Assembly (NCBI GenBank): GCA_963555825.3
Contig: CAUVXB020000002.1
Coordinates: 2,656,001-2,720,000, forward strand
Length of the DNA: 64,000 nt
Source: Alphaproteobacteria bacterium
GTDB taxonomy: Bacteria > Pseudomonadota > Alphaproteobacteria > JAAXGF01
Direction of reading: 5' to 3'
In this document: positions 11,163 to 23,709 of the stretch, piece after piece
How positions within the stretch are numbered: the stretch's first letter is position 1
Layout: each line of letters starts with the position of its first letter
The notes under the pieces: generated by a model
Databases searched by the model: none
Seen by the model: the letters and a program-made list of their open reading frames with translations, nothing else
What the model was told of the DNA's origin: nothing
Translations under genes and position numbers: made by a program

Positions 11163-11774
11163 ATGGAAAAGTTCACCACGGTTACCGGCGTCGCCGCGCC
11201 CATGCCGGCGGTCAACATCGACACCGACAAGATCATACCGGCGCGTTTCCTCAAGACGATCAAGCGCACCGGCCTCGGCGCGTCGCTGTTCAACGACCAG
11301 CGCTACCAGGCGGACGGCAGCGAGAAGCCCGGGTTTGTGCTTAACCAGGCGCCCTATCGCGACCCCAAGGTGCTCGTCGTCGGCGACAACTTCGGCTGCG
11401 GCTCGAGCCGCGAGCACGCGCCCTGGGCGCTGATCGACCACGGAATCCGTGTGGTGATCGGCACCTCCTTCGCCGACATCTTCTTCAACAATTCGTTCAA
11501 GAACGGCCTCTTGCTGATCACGCTGTCGCAAGACCAAATCGATACGCTGATGGCCGACGCCGAGCGCGGCGCCAACGCCATCTTCACCGTCGACCTCGAG
11601 GCCCAGGAGATCACCCGGCCCGACGGCGAGAAAATGTCGTTCGACGTCGACCCGTTCCGCAAGCACTGCCTGTTGAACGCGCTCGACGACATCGGCCTGA
11701 CGCTCGCCAAGACCGCCGCCATCGACGCCTTCGAGACCCGCCAGCGCGCCGAGAAGCCCTGGCTCTACGCTTAG
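11163..11774 (+). CDS. leuD: 3-isopropylmalate dehydratase small subunit
   Basis: [13 protein letters not shown] and [15 protein letters not shown] motifs. Confidence 0.98.
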   Translation: MEKFTTVTGVAAPMPAVNIDTDKIIPARFLKTIKRTGLGASLFNDQRYQADGSEKPGFVLNQAPYRDPKVLVVGDNFGCGSSREHAPWALIDHGIRVVIGTSFADIFFNNSFKNGLLLITLSQDQIDTLMADAERGANAIFTVDLEAQEITRPDGEKMSFDVDPFRKHCLLNALDDIGLTLAKTAAIDAFETRQRAEKPWLYA

Positions 11775-13279
11775 AGCGCGGCAGGGCCGCCGTCAGCGAG
11801 CAAGCACCCTGTCGTTACCGTTTGAGCGCGGCGATTTGGGCATCAAACCAGGTAATATCGTTTGCCAATGTGGCATTGTCGGGTGAGGCGCTCGCCAAGG
11901 CGGCGATGATTTCATGCCCCCTGATAAATCCTTCCAACGCGCCATCGCGATCGTCCTGCTGTAGCTTCACAGCCGCGATGCGGCCGTGACCGAGCGCCAA
12001 GTCGCGCTGCCAGACGGCATTGTCGGGATCGGCCTCGGCGAGGCGCTGGGCAATGGCCATGGCGGCCCGGTAGCTCGCCAGGGCCTCTGAAAGATCGCCC
12101 TGGGCTCGAAGCACGTCGCCGATCTTGTTATGCGAGACCGAGAGGTCGCGCTGCCAGCCGGCATTGTCGGGATCGGCCTCGGCGAGACGCTGGGCGATGG
12201 CCATGGCGGCCCGGTAGCTCGCCAGGGCCTCTGAAAGATTGCCCTGGGCTAGAAGCACGTCGCCGATCCTGTTATGCGAGACCGAGAGGTCGCGCTGCGA
12301 GCCGGCATTGTCGGGATCGGCCTCGGCGAGGCGCTCGGCAATGGCCATGGCGGCCCGGTAGCTCGCCACGGCCTCTGCAAGAGTGCCCTGGTCTCGAAGC
12401 ACATCGCCGATGCCGATTCGCGCCCAAAGAATGTGGCGGTCGGTCGCGTCCCGGTTTGCCGCCGCGAGCACCTGCTGGAATGCCGCATGCGCAACGACAA
12501 GCTGGCCGGCATTCAGTTGCAGCCAGCCATGCGAAAGCTGGCTCTCTGGGTCCGTCGGATCGAGCTCGACGGCTTGAGCGTAGGCGAACCGGGCCTGCAT
12601 GGGGTCGGCCAGACCGGCGATGGCGCCGAGGTGGCGCCAGGCGGCGGCGGCCTCCCGCCGATCCTTGTCGACGAGACGGGTCTTCTCTTCGGCGACCGCT
12701 CGGAACAGCGGTCGCGCCTGCTCTGGATCACCCTTCTGCAGCAGCTCGAGGGCCCGCGCCATTCGCTCGTCGCCGGCTTCCGCGTCTTCGGCAGCGGCCT
12801 CGACCGCTTCGGCAATCTGCTCAGCTTGGTGCGGTATCGGCGAGCCGGTTGACGCGGACGCCGCCGCGAGCTCCTCGACAAGGGCTGTCAAGCCTTGCAG
12901 CCGCGAGTCGATGCCGTCGAGTTTGCGTCCGCGCGCGACACCACGCCGTCGGTCTTGCTCGGCGGCTTGCGCGGCGCGTTTCTCCTCGCGGCGTCTGCGC
13001 CAGCGGCCCCAAACCAGATTGTAGGCCAGTCCAAGCGCTGCCGCCGCGCCACCGATCGTTGCCACGACGGCGGCGGCCTTCAAGATTTGTTCCCAGGTCG
13101 TGCCGCTGGTAATCAAATCCAGCACGACCGAAACCCAATCAGGCATCGAGAGTCCCTCGCCAAGCCGCACTTGCGCAGGCCACTGTATACTCGCGCGGGT
13201 TGAGGCGTGTCTACGCTTGGCCCGGGCGGCGAACCGTCGCGGCCAGACATCGCGCAGCATACCCTGGCTCTACGCGTAA
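11757..13279 (+). repeat. Direct repeat of the leuD 3' end bracketing the TPR gene
   Basis: CCCTGGCTCTACGCTTAG (11757-11774) versus CCCTGGCTCTACGCGTAA (13262-13279); both read PWLYA*. Confidence 0.8.
11815..13146 (-). CDS. Membrane-anchored TPR protein with about three 48-aa (144-bp) tandem repeats
   Basis: N-terminal hydrophobic helix; the unit [38 protein letters not shown] recurs at 144-bp spacing. Confidence 0.85.
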   Translation of the reverse strand: MPDWVSVVLDLITSGTTWEQILKAAAVVATIGGAAAALGLAYNLVWGRWRRRREEKRAAQAAEQDRRRGVARGRKLDGIDSRLQGLTALVEELAAASASTGSPIPHQAEQIAEAVEAAAEDAEAGDERMARALELLQKGDPEQARPLFRAVAEEKTRLVDKDRREAAAAWRHLGAIAGLADPMQARFAYAQAVELDPTDPESQLSHGWLQLNAGQLVVAHAAFQQVLAAANRDATDRHILWARIGIGDVLRDQGTLAEAVASYRAAMAIAERLAEADPDNAGSQRDLSVSHNRIGDVLLAQGNLSEALASYRAAMAIAQRLAEADPDNAGWQRDLSVSHNKIGDVLRAQGDLSEALASYRAAMAIAQRLAEADPDNAVWQRDLALGHGRIAAVKLQQDDRDGALEGFIRGHEIIAALASASPDNATLANDITWFDAQIAALKR

Positions 13280-13355
13280 GGACGCCTCGACTGAGGCCTT
13301 GCGTTCGGGCGCGTTCCGGGGATACTTGCGCGCCTGCGTTCCGGAGGACGGCGAC

Positions 13356-14468
13356 ATGGCGGCGAACCGCAAGCTTCTGATACTGCCCGGCGACGGCATC
13401 GGGCCCGAGGTGATGGCCGAGGTGCGCCGCATCATCGACTGGATGGCTGCGCGCCGCGGCGTCGGCTTCGACGTCGACGAGGCCCTGGTCGGCGGCGCTG
13501 CCTACGAGGCGACCGGCAACCCGTTTCCCGACGAAACCCTGGCCGCGGCTCTGGCGAGCGACGCGGTGCTGTTCGGCGCCGTCGGCGGCCCCCAGTGGGA
13601 TGGCCTCGACTTCGCGCTGCGTCCCGAGCGCGGCCTGTTGGGCTTGCGCAAGGAGCTCGAGCTGTTCGCCAATCTGCGACCCGCCGTCGTCTTCGAGGCG
13701 CTGGCCGACGCTTCGTCGTTGAAACGCGAGCTGGTCGCCGGCCTCGACATCATGATCGTGCGCGAACTCACTGGCGGCATCTACTTCGGCGAGCCGCGCG
13801 GCATCGAGCAGCTTGCCGACGGCAGCCGTCGCGGCGTCAACACCGAGGTCTACACGACCGGGGAAATCCGTCGAGTCGCACGGGTTGCCTTCGAGCTGGC
13901 GCGCAAGCGCCGCGGCCTGGTGCACTCGGTCGAGAAGTCCAACGTGCTGGAGAGCAGCCAGCTGTGGCGCGACGAAGTGACGCGGCTGCACGACGACGAA
14001 TACGCCGACGTCGAGCTGCGCCACATGCTCGCCGACACCGCGGCGATGCAGCTGGTGCGCGAGCCCAAGCAGTTCGACGTCATGGTCACCACCAACCTGT
14101 TCGGCGACTTGCTTTCGGACTGCGCGGCGATGCTCACCGGCTCGCTCGGCATGCTGCCGTCGGCCTCGCTCGGCGCGCCCGATCCGGCGGGCTTCATCCG
14201 CGGCCTCTACGAGCCGGTGCACGGCTCGGCGCCCGACATCACTGGCCAGGGGCTGGCCAACCCGCTGGCCGAGGTGCAGAGCTTCTCGATGCTGCTGCGC
14301 TATTCGTTCGACATGACCGATGAGGCCGAACTGATCGACGCGGCGGTTTCCGCGGTGCTTGCAAACGGTAAGCGCACCGCCGATATCATGCAGCCGGGCA
14401 TGGAGAAGGTGTCGACCACGGGCATGGGCGACGCTATCCTGGCCGAACTCGACAAACGCGCGGCTTGA
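13356..14468 (+). CDS. leuB: 3-isopropylmalate dehydrogenase
   Basis: [29 protein letters not shown] and [10 protein letters not shown] motifs. Confidence 0.98.
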   Translation: MAANRKLLILPGDGIGPEVMAEVRRIIDWMAARRGVGFDVDEALVGGAAYEATGNPFPDETLAAALASDAVLFGAVGGPQWDGLDFALRPERGLLGLRKELELFANLRPAVVFEALADASSLKRELVAGLDIMIVRELTGGIYFGEPRGIEQLADGSRRGVNTEVYTTGEIRRVARVAFELARKRRGLVHSVEKSNVLESSQLWRDEVTRLHDDEYADVELRHMLADTAAMQLVREPKQFDVMVTTNLFGDLLSDCAAMLTGSLGMLPSASLGAPDPAGFIRGLYEPVHGSAPDITGQGLANPLAEVQSFSMLLRYSFDMTDEAELIDAAVSAVLANGKRTADIMQPGMEKVSTTGMGDAILAELDKRAA

Positions 14469-14504
14469 AGCGCGCGCCGCGGTATCGGGCCGAGGAGAAG
14501 ATCG

Positions 14505-15542
14505 ATGGGCTACAAGGTTGCCGTGGTCGGCGCCACGGGCGCGGTCGGGCGCGAGATGCTTAGCATCCTTGCGCAACGCGAATTCCCGGCCGACGAGGTC
14601 GTCGCGCTGGCGTCGCGCAATTCGGTCGGCAAGGAGGTCTCGTTCGGCGAGGACGATATCCTCAAGGTCGGCGACCTGGCGGACTACGACTTCACCGGCA
14701 CCGACATCGCCTTGTTCTCGCCGGGTGGCAGCGTCTCGGACGTGCACGCGCCGCGGGCGGCCGAGGCCGGCTGCGTCGTCATCGACAACACCTCGCGCTT
14801 CCGCATGGAGCCCGACGTGCCGCTGGTGGTGCCCGAGGTCAACGCCGCCGCCATCGCCGGCTACACCAAGCGCAACATCATCGCCAACCCGAACTGCTCG
14901 ACGATCCAGATGGTCGTCGCGCTCAAGCCGTTGCACGACCTGGCGATCGTCGAGCGCGTCGTCGTGGCGACCTATCAGGCGGTCTCGGGTGCCGGCACGG
15001 CGGCGATGGACGAACTCTATGGCCAGACCAAGCTCGCCTATACCAGCGAGCAGAAGGATCCCGAGAACTTCCCCAAGCGCATCGCCTTCAACGTCATCCC
15101 GCAGATCCAAGACATGCTGCCCGACGGCTCGTCGAAGGAAGAGTGGAAGATGGTGCAGGAGACCAAGAAGATCCTCGATCCGGAGATCGAGGTCATGGCG
15201 ACTTGCGTGCGCGTGCCGGTCTTCGTCGGCCACGCCGAGGCGGTGCATATCGAGTTCGAACGGCCGATCCGCGAGGACGAGGCGCGCGAGGTGCTGCGCA
15301 ATGCGCCCGGCGTCGTCGTCGTCGACCAGCGCGCCGACGGCGGCTACGTCACGCCGATCGACTGTGCCGGCGAGGACGCGGTGTTCGTCAGCCGAATCCG
15401 CAAGGACCCGACCGTGCTCAACGGTCTGGCGCTCTGGGTGGTCTCGGACAACCTGCGCAAGGGCGCCGCGCTCAACGCCATCCAGATCGCCGAGCTGCTC
15501 GACACCGAATACCTCGGCGCCGTCGAACGCGTCGCGAGTTAG
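14505..15542 (+). CDS. asd: Aspartate-semialdehyde dehydrogenase
   Basis: VVGATGAVG, ANPNCST, CVRVPV and DNLRKGAALNA motifs. Confidence 0.98.
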   Translation: MGYKVAVVGATGAVGREMLSILAQREFPADEVVALASRNSVGKEVSFGEDDILKVGDLADYDFTGTDIALFSPGGSVSDVHAPRAAEAGCVVIDNTSRFRMEPDVPLVVPEVNAAAIAGYTKRNIIANPNCSTIQMVVALKPLHDLAIVERVVVATYQAVSGAGTAAMDELYGQTKLAYTSEQKDPENFPKRIAFNVIPQIQDMLPDGSSKEEWKMVQETKKILDPEIEVMATCVRVPVFVGHAEAVHIEFERPIREDEAREVLRNAPGVVVVDQRADGGYVTPIDCAGEDAVFVSRIRKDPTVLNGLALWVVSDNLRKGAALNAIQIAELLDTEYLGAVERVAS

Positions 15543-15548
15543 TTATTG

Positions 15549-15627
15549 GTGCGGTCAGCTTTGCTGACCTGCGCTCAATCGCCGCGCTTGCTCTCACCGA
15601 ACGGTCGGCGGCCTGCGGTCGCAGGCT
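15549..15627 (-). repeat. Dispersed palindromic intergenic repeat, copy 1
   Basis: Reverse complement reads AGCCTGCGACCGCAGGCCGCCGACCGTTCGG...GCGCGGCGATTGAGCGCAGGTCAG, matching 33986-34049 and 47669-47749. Confidence 0.85.
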
Positions 15628-15641
15628 AAGCGTCGTCGGCG

Positions 15642-16487
15642 CTACCCCAAAGACTCCGCTTCGAAGACCTCGGACGGGGCGGCGAGCGTATCGAGCGACT
15701 CGATGAGCGCGAGGTCGAGGCCGCCCTTCTCGGCGGTCGCCTGAAGTACCGCGTAAACACCCGAAACCGCGCTTGAGAGGGCGTCGGGCGGCGCCGCGCC
15801 GGCCAACGTATGGGCGAGGAACAGCGCGGCGAGCACGTCGCCCGCGCCATGGGCCGGCGCGTCGATGCGCGGCGTCGTCACGGTCCAGGTTCCGCCGGCG
15901 GTGGCCAGCAGGTTGGCGATCTCGCCCGCGCCGCCGGGGATCGAGGTGCAGACGACGATCGCCGGGCCCGCGTCGCGCAGCCCCTCGGCGGCGTCGCGCG
16001 CGGCCCCCAGCGTCTCGATCCCGTGGTGCGCGAACTGCGACAGCTCGAAGGCATTGGGCGTGACGATGTCGGCCAAGGGCAGCAACTGCTCGCCGATCTC
16101 GACCATGACGTCCATGCCGATGAAGAAGCCCGGGCCGGCGCGCCCGACCGCCGGGTCGCAGAGATAGACGAGATCGGCGTTGGCGGCGCGCGCGCGGCGC
16201 ACCGCGTCGGCGACGACGGCGGCCATGCCGGGGCGGGCCAGATAGCCCGACAGCACGCCATCGAGGCGACCCAGCGCGCCGACATCGGCGAGCCCCTCGA
16301 CGATCGCCGCGGCGCCCGCCGGCTCGGCGCCGCCGCCCGTGGCACTGGGGTGCGCCGTGTGGTTCGACAGCATCGCGGTGGCGACCGGCCAGGCGTCGAT
16401 GCCGAGCCGCTGCAAGACGGGCACGGCGGCGGCGTTGCCGACATAGCCGTAGGCGACCGAAGACTGGATCGTAAGAACGCTTGTCAC
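15642..16487 (-). CDS. pdxY: Pyridoxal kinase
   Basis: IQSSVAYGYVGN, LSNHT, SGYL, TPNAFEL and HGAGD motifs; GTG start with a GGAGG RBS. Confidence 0.9.
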   Translation of the reverse strand: MTSVLTIQSSVAYGYVGNAAAVPVLQRLGIDAWPVATAMLSNHTAHPSATGGGAEPAGAAAIVEGLADVGALGRLDGVLSGYLARPGMAAVVADAVRRARAANADLVYLCDPAVGRAGPGFFIGMDVMVEIGEQLLPLADIVTPNAFELSQFAHHGIETLGAARDAAEGLRDAGPAIVVCTSIPGGAGEIANLLATAGGTWTVTTPRIDAPAHGAGDVLAALFLAHTLAGAAPPDALSSAVSGVYAVLQATAEKGGLDLALIESLDTLAAPSEVFEAESLG

Positions 16488-16740
16488 GCGCAGGACCTCC
16501 CCACGCGGCAGCTTAGCGCAGGATGGATTGGTGCGCGAATGCGCAGCCGTCGACGCGCATCGCTTGCGGACCCTAACGGTCGCGGCTCGACACAACCTGA
16601 TCTGTGCAATAACGTGCTCGTCAACATGACCCAAAAATATCGACGAAAAATCGGTCGGGACGGAGCTCCGGTGAAGAGCGCTCGCAAACATCGGAGACAA
16701 CAGGCATCTGTTCGGCGCTCGGTCGAACATGGAGGGAACA

Positions 16741-19514
16741 ATGACAATCAGGATTTTCGGCGGACTGATCGGGTGTGGGTCTGGTATGGAAAATCTAAGT
16801 CATTGATTTAGTGCGTTTTTTGTGTCGAGACGAACGGCCGAAATCGGCTATTCGTGACAATGGGCCGCTCCAAGGCAGGATTTTGTTACGACGGCAGGGT
16901 CGAGCAGGGGAAGGTGGGAACGCTCCGCACCGCCAGAAGCGGTACGATGCCGTGTCTCGAAACCCAACATCGGGAGCATTCCCATGGCAGTATCCCCGCC
17001 TCCGGCGCCTTCGTCCATCGATCTTTCCGGCCTGCCTCCTCGGGTCGTCGAGGCGGCCGCCCGGGTGCTCGCACTGTGTCGCGAGGAGCTTCGTTCCGAG
17101 CCGCGCCCCGAGGCGCCCGAGGAGGTCGAGTTGCGGGTGCGTGAGGCCACGAACGAGTTCGCTCGCGATGTCATGGGCGCCGTCATCGAGAACCGGGACG
17201 ATGGCGCTTCCCGGATCGAGCGGGACGGGCAGAGCTGGTTCCGGGTCGCGGTGACGCCGAAGACGATCATGACCTCGCTCGGTCCGGTGACCTACCGGCG
17301 AGCGCGTTACCGCAGCGGCGCGAGCGGGGCATCGCCGGTGCCGGTCGACGAGAGCCTGGGCCTCGTCGACGATTACCTGACGCGGCCGGCGGCCGAGCTC
17401 GGTCTGCTGATGATGGGTCACTGCACGGCCCGGGAAGCGGCGGCGTTCTTTGCGAAGACCGGCGCCATGACGCCGTCGGTGAGCACCCTGCAGCGCCTGA
17501 CCCTGAGCATGCACGAATGCTGGGAGAGCCTCGGCCCGGAGACGCTGGGCAGCATCCGTGAGGCCGAGGGCATACCGCAGGACGCGACCACCGCCTCGGT
17601 CTCCCTCGACGGCGTCATGGTGCCGCTGAGACCCGGCGAGGACGGTCGCGCCAAGGCCTCCTGGCGCGAGGCTGCCTGCGGCACGGTCTCCTTCCACGAC
17701 GCCGAGGGCAAGCGCCTGAAGACCCTCTATCTCGGCCGCATGCCGGAGAGCGGCAAGCTCACGCTGAAGGCGCAGCTTGCAAGCGAAGTCGCACACATCA
17801 GGCGAGCACGCCCCGAGATCGGGATCGTCGCTATCGCCGATGGCGCCGCCGACAACTGGACCTTCCTGGAGACCCTGTCGCCCGAAACCGAGGTGATCGA
17901 CTTCTGGCATGCTTGCGAACATCTGCAAACCGCGTCCGACCATGCCGTGGCGCCCGGCTGGTTCGAGAAGTACCGCGAGATCCTCCGTCACGATCCCCGT
18001 GGCGTCGCCAAGGTGATCCGGGCGCTGCGCCACCTTCGCGATGCCGCCGCTGCGCCGGACCGGGCCGAGACCGAGCGGGAACTCGCCTTCTTCCGCAAGC
18101 ATCGCCATCGCATGCGCTACCACGCCCTGAAGGAAGAGGGCATCGCCATCGGCTCAGGCGTGGTCGAAGCTGCCAACAAGACCCTGGTGACACAGCGCAT
18201 GAAGCGCTCCGGCATGCGCTGGCGGATCGTCGGCGGACAGGCTGTTCTGACCTTCCGCGCCCTGATCAAATCCGGCCGCTTCGAGCGGGCATGGAAGGCC
18301 CTGATCAGCGCAACCGACACACCGGCCAACGACAACATCAGTCCACGTGCAGCAGCCATGGCAATCGCTGCCTGAACTCAACGAACCAAGCCGCAGACAT
18401 CACTGCCATGCGAGACTCGCACCCGACTGATCGGCACTATTGCATCAATCGTCTGGGCCGCGACGTTGGCGCATGCCGAGATCAAGATAGGCATTGCAGG
18501 GCCTTTGTCCGGCAGCACTTTCAACGTTGGCGAACAGCAGGAAATCGGCGCTCTAAGGGCCATTGCCCACCTGAATGACAACGGTGGCTTGCTTGGTCAG
18601 GAGGTCGTGGCCACGTCAGTGGACGATGCATGCGAGCCAGAACAAGCAAAAGCGGCAGCACGGCAATTGGTCAGCGAGGGAGTGGTTTTCGTCGGTGGAC
18701 ATGTCTGTTCCGGCGCTTCCATGGCTGCCAGTGGAATCTATGAAAAGGCCAGGATCATAATGATTTCACCTTCTTCGACCAATCCCAAGGTCACCGATGA
18801 AGGCGGTCGCAATGTATTTCGCGTTATAGGTCGTGATGACCAGCAAGGTGTTATCGCCGGCGACTTTCTGGCTGACAACTATGCCAACAACAAAGTCGCA
18901 ATCATACACGACGGCCAAGCCTATGGCTTGGGTTTGGCGGAGTTTACAAAAAACCAGCTAAACAAGCGTGGTGTGACCGAGGTCATATTCGATAGCTATA
19001 CACCGGAACAAATGGACTACAAATCAGTTGTCGACAAACTGTCTCTGCAAAAGTTGATGTTCTCTATGCTGGTGGATACCAAGCCGATATTGGACTAATT
19101 CTACGACAAGCCAAAAAGAAAATCCCCAATCTTCAGCTGTTATCTGGCGACTCATTGGCGAACGGCGAGTTTCTTACTATGGCGGGCGACGCGGGTAAGG
19201 GAACATATTTTACGTTTGGTCCGGATTTTCGCCGAGCGCCAGAAGCCGCGACTGTCGTTGCCGCGATCCGCAACGAAGATGACTACGAACCAGATGGTAT
19301 TACCTTGTATAGCTATGGCGCTCTGCAGGCCTGGGCGCAGGCTGTTCAACAAGCGGGGTCCTTGCAACCGGATGCGGTGATCAATGCCTTGAAATCTGGC
19401 AGCTTTGATACCGTTCTGGGTAAGATTGGGTTTGATGAAAAGGGCGACGTGACGGGTAACAGCGCCTTCGTCTGGTACGAATTCGGCGAGGAAGAATATG
19501 TACTGGTCGAGTGA
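16741..19514 (+). pseudogene. Branched-chain amino-acid ABC substrate-binding protein (LivK-like), IS-interrupted and frameshifted
   Basis: Removing the IS gives MTIRIFGGLIGTIASIVWAATLAHA-EIKIGIAGPLSG. A 1-nt frameshift near 19040 joins ...VDKL to AKVDVLYAGGY... Confidence 0.9.
16771..18424 (+). mobile_element. ISKra4/ISLre2-like (Mutator-like) IS; transposase 16984-18375
   Basis: Imperfect IRs GGGTGTGGGTCTGGTATGG / CCATGCGAGACTCGCACCC; 8-bp TSD GACTGATC; motifs ADGA, DFWHACEHL and IGSGVVEA. Confidence 0.88.
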
Positions 19515-20192
19515 TTCCAGCGGGTTGGTTCGAGACCCATCGCGTTTCAGCAAAACATCCTGACCTGTCGGGGCGACCGCTGCAGACATTGATGCGAAAT
19601 GGATAAACCAAGCAGATTTGCGTCAGTGGGCGTTCGGGGGCGACTGCTGCTTGCGTTTCTGGCGATTTGTATGTTCTCACTGGTTGCGGCAGCTTCGGGC
19701 TTTTATTCGCTCTCACAAGTCGGCGGCGCGCTCAAAAGGATCACCGAGCAACGCGTGCCCGACGCCCTGTCCTGGCTGGAACTGTCGCGGCGTGTAGAAC
19801 GCGTCGTGCGCGCGGCGCCTGCTTTGCTCGTGGTGAACTCCGAGAGTGCACGCGTCGAGGTGTCGAACGAAATAACCTCTCAAGCCGAACAGCTTAATCC
19901 GCTTTTGCAGCGCAGCACAAATTATAAGACCGATGAGGAGGAGGCGGCAGCGGTGCAAGCCGCGACATTGGTCGCCGATTTGAACGAAAACCTCGTGAGT
20001 TTGGATGAACTTGTCAAGCAACGACTATCCATTGTCGCTCATAGGGACAAGCTCGTTCGCCAGCTTGGCAAAGCCAATAAGGTCGTTCAACGAACCCTGT
20101 CACCCGGGGCCCGAATCATGGGCGCCCAGATCGCGGATTGGAACAGGAGCGGGAAAGAGGCAAATTCGAGCCAACCGTCCACCGGGCTGTTA

Positions 20193-21367
20193 TACCAGTG
20201 AGCGCCTGAATTGACTCTCGGGATATTCATTGATGGCGGATGATGGCGGATTGTGATTCTATGTTCTCCCACCAGATGTGGGGGATGTCATGGGATCCGC
20301 ACTCAAGATACGGGATGATTTGACGCCTTTGGAGCTTCGGCGCTGGGCTCGCGTGGAATCGTACGGTCGAGCGGCGGCGCGGGCCTATGGGATCGCGAAT
20401 GCTTTGGAGGAGATGCCCCGGGCTGATGCCGCGCGGCTTGCGGGGATGGATCGCCAAACGCTTCGCGACGCGGTTGTTCGTTACAATGCAAAGGGATTGG
20501 AGGGGCTTCACGACCGTCCAAAGGGCTACTCGCCGCGGCGGCTGACGGCAGACGAGGAAGCGGCGCTGGCGGCGGTCATCATCGCCGGGCCGGAGCCTGA
20601 GCGCGACGGGGTTTGCGCCTGGACCCGGGCCGATCTGTGCCGCTGGCTGGAGGAGCGCTTCGCCAAGACCTACCACCCCTCGAGCATGACCCGGGTTCTA
20701 CGGCGGATGGGATTTTCCCGCCAGAAGGCGCGCCCGAGCCACCCGCGAAGGGACGCCGAAGCGCAGGAGCGCTTCAAAAAAGGGGGCTTCGCGACATCCT
20801 GAAGGCGACCGCCGCGGCGCATCCCGACAAGCGCCTACAGCTGTGGTTTCAGGATGAAGCGCGCGTCGGCAACAAGGGCCGGGTGTGTCACCGGTGGTGG
20901 CGCAGGGGCGAGCGTGCCCCCGGGACGCGTCAAATCGGCTACCAGTGGGCCTACATCTTCTCCGCCGTGCGCCCGGACACCGGCGACGACGTCACCCTGG
21001 TGATGCCGAGCGTCAACGCCAAGGTCATGGACCTGTTTCTCGCACACTTCGCCGATACCCTGGACCAGGATGCGCACGCCGTCATGATGTGCGACGGCGC
21101 CGGTTGGCACGACGAGCGCGCCCTCACCGTCCCCGACAACGTCACCTTGGCGCTGTTGCCGCCTTACAGTCCCGAACTCAACCCCGTCGAGCGGGTTTGG
21201 CTCTACCTACGCGAACGCTTCCTATCGCTCCGCGTCCTCGACGACACCGAGGCCATCATCGACGCCTGTTGCCAAGCATGGATCGACCTCATCGCAGAAC
21301 CGGATCGTATGCGAACCCTCTGCGCCTATCCATGGATCATGAAGGTGATTTCATAGGCTCACTGGTA
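20193..21367 (+). mobile_element. IS630-family element A (orfA/orfB, -1 frameshift)
   Basis: IRs TACCAGTGAGC / GCTCACTGGTA, flanked by TTA; slippery site AAAAAAGGGGG; motifs FQDEAR, DGAGWH and PYSPELNPVE. Confidence 0.93.
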
Positions 21368-21370
21368 TTA

Positions 21371-22531
21371 TACCAACGGCGCAAAATTCTGACTCGCAAG
21401 GGATTCCCTTTTTGGGCTGGATGTGATTCAAGGCTGGCGAAGGAGATTCGCCATGTCAGTATGCATTGCTCTTCGGGACGACTACGACAGCATTGAGCTC
21501 CGGTGTTTGGCCAAGCACAGTCGCGATCCCCGCCAAGTTCGCCGGCTTTTGGCCTTGGCGGCGGTTTACGACGGCATGAGCCGAGCGGAAGCCGCTAAGG
21601 TCGGCGGCATGGATCGCCAGACGCTGAGAGACTGGGCGCACCGCTTCAACGATGAAGGGGCAGACGGCTTGAAGAACCGTCCCGGTGCGGGCCGCCCCCG
21701 GCTCTTGACCGACGAGCAGATGGGCGAACTGTCGGTGATCGTCGAAACGGGCCCCGATCCAGAGATTGACGGTGTGGTTCGCTGGCGGCGGGTTGACCTG
21801 AAACGGGTGATCGAAGAACGCTTTGGCGTGATCTATAGCGAGCGGGCGATCTCCGACCTTCTCGTCGCGCTGTCCTTCTCCCACATCAGCGCCCGGCCGC
21901 AGCACCCCAAGCAGGACCAGCGGGTGATCGAGGCGTTCAAAAAAACTTCCCCCGCACGCTCGCTGCCCACCTAGCCGGTCTGCCCAAGACCAAGCGGGTC
22001 GAGATCTGGTTCCAAGACGAGGCCAGGCTGGGACAGAAGAACGGGCGTGTGCGCATTTGGGCGAAGAAGGGAACAAGGCCACGCCTGCCCGCCGATCAGC
22101 GCTACACGAACGCCTACCTCTTTGGCGCAATCTGTCCCATGGGAGCCAAGGGTGCCGCTCTCATGCTCCCCTTCGCCAACACAGCCGCCATGCAGATGCA
22201 TCTCGACGAGATCAGCTGCAACGTCGCCGCCAAGGCCCATGGCGTCGTCCTGATGGACCGCGCCGGGTGGCACAGCACCGACCAGCTCAAGGTCCCCAAG
22301 AACCTCACCATCATCCTGCTGCCATCGCGCTCGCCCGAGCTGAACCCGGTCGAGAACATCTGGCAATACCTCCGCCAGAATTGGCTCTCTAACCGCGTCT
22401 TCGAAGATTACGACGCCATCATCGAGGCCGGTTGCCAAGCCTGGAACAAACTAATCGACCAGCCCGAGACGATCATGTCCATCGGAATGAGAGATTGGGC
22501 GATTTCAGGTCAATAATTAGTGCCGTTGGTA
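21371..22531 (+). mobile_element. IS630-family element B (a different relative of A)
   Basis: IRs TACCAACGGC / GCCGTTGGTA, flanked by TTA; slippery site AAAAAAAC; motifs DRAGWH and SPELNPVE. Confidence 0.93.
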
Positions 22532-22534
22532 TTA

Positions 22535-23709
22535 TACCAGTGAGCGCCTGAATTGACTCTCGGGATATTCATTGATGGCGGATGATGGCGGATTGTGATT
22601 CTATGGTCTCCCACCAGATGTGGGGGATGTCATGGGATCAGCACTCAAGATACGGGATGATTTGACGCCTTTGGAGCTTCGGCGCTGGGCTCGCGTGGAA
22701 TCGTACGGTCGAGCGGCGGCGCGGGCCTATGGGATCGCGAATGCTTTGGAGGAGATGCCCCGGGCTGATGCCGCGCGGCTTGCGGGGATGGATCGCCAAA
22801 CGCTTCGCGACGCGGTTGTTCGTTACAATGCAAAGGGATTGGAGGGGCTTCACGACCGTCCAAAGGGCTACTCGCCGCGGCGGCTGACGGCAGACGAGGA
22901 AGCGGCGCTGGCGGCGGTCATCATCGCCGGGCCGGAGCCTGAGCGCGACGGGGTTTGCGCCTGGACCCGGGCCGATCTGTGCCGCTGGCTGGAGGAGCGC
23001 TTCGCCAAGACCTACCACCCCTCGAGCATGACCCGGGTTCTACGGCGGATGGGATTTTCCCGCCAGAAGGCGCGCCCGAGCCACCCGCGAAGGGACGCCG
23101 AAGCGCAGGAGCGCTTCAAAAAAGGGGGCTTCGCGACATCCTGAAGGCGACCGCCGCGGCGCATCCCGACAAGCGCCTACAGCTGTGGTTTCAGGATGAA
23201 GCGCGCGTCGGCAACAAGGGCCGGGTGTGTCACCGGTGGTGGCGCAGGGGCGAGCGTGCCCCCGGGACGCGTCAAATCGGCTACCAGTGGGCCTACATCT
23301 TCTCCGCCGTGCGCCCGGACACCGGCGACGACGTCACCCTGGTGATGCCGAGCGTCAACGCCAAGGTCATGGACCTGTTTCTCGCACACTTCGCCGATAC
23401 CCTGGACCAGGATGCGCACGCCGTCATGATGTGCGACGGCGCCGGTTGGCACGACGAGCGCGCCCTCACCGTCCCCGACAACGTCACCTTGGCGCTGTTG
23501 CCGCCTTACAGTCCCGAACTCAACCCCGTCGAGCGGGTTTGGCTCTACCTACGCGAACGCTTCCTATCGCTCCGCGTCCTCGACGACACCGAGGCCATCA
23601 TCGACGCCTGTTGCCAAGCATGGATCGACCTCATCGCAGAACCGGATCGTATGCGAACCCTCTGCGACTATCCATGGATCATGAAGGCGATTTCATAGGC
23701 TCACTGGTA
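22535..23709 (+). mobile_element. IS630-family element A' (near-identical copy of A)
   Basis: Same 1175-bp length and same ends as A; about 4 visible substitutions. Confidence 0.93.

Noticed and set aside
9684-15248. Long antisense or alternative-frame ORFs (660 aa, 711 aa and similar ones across the window)
   Set aside because: These are shadow ORFs typical of high-GC coding DNA and overlap well-identified genes.
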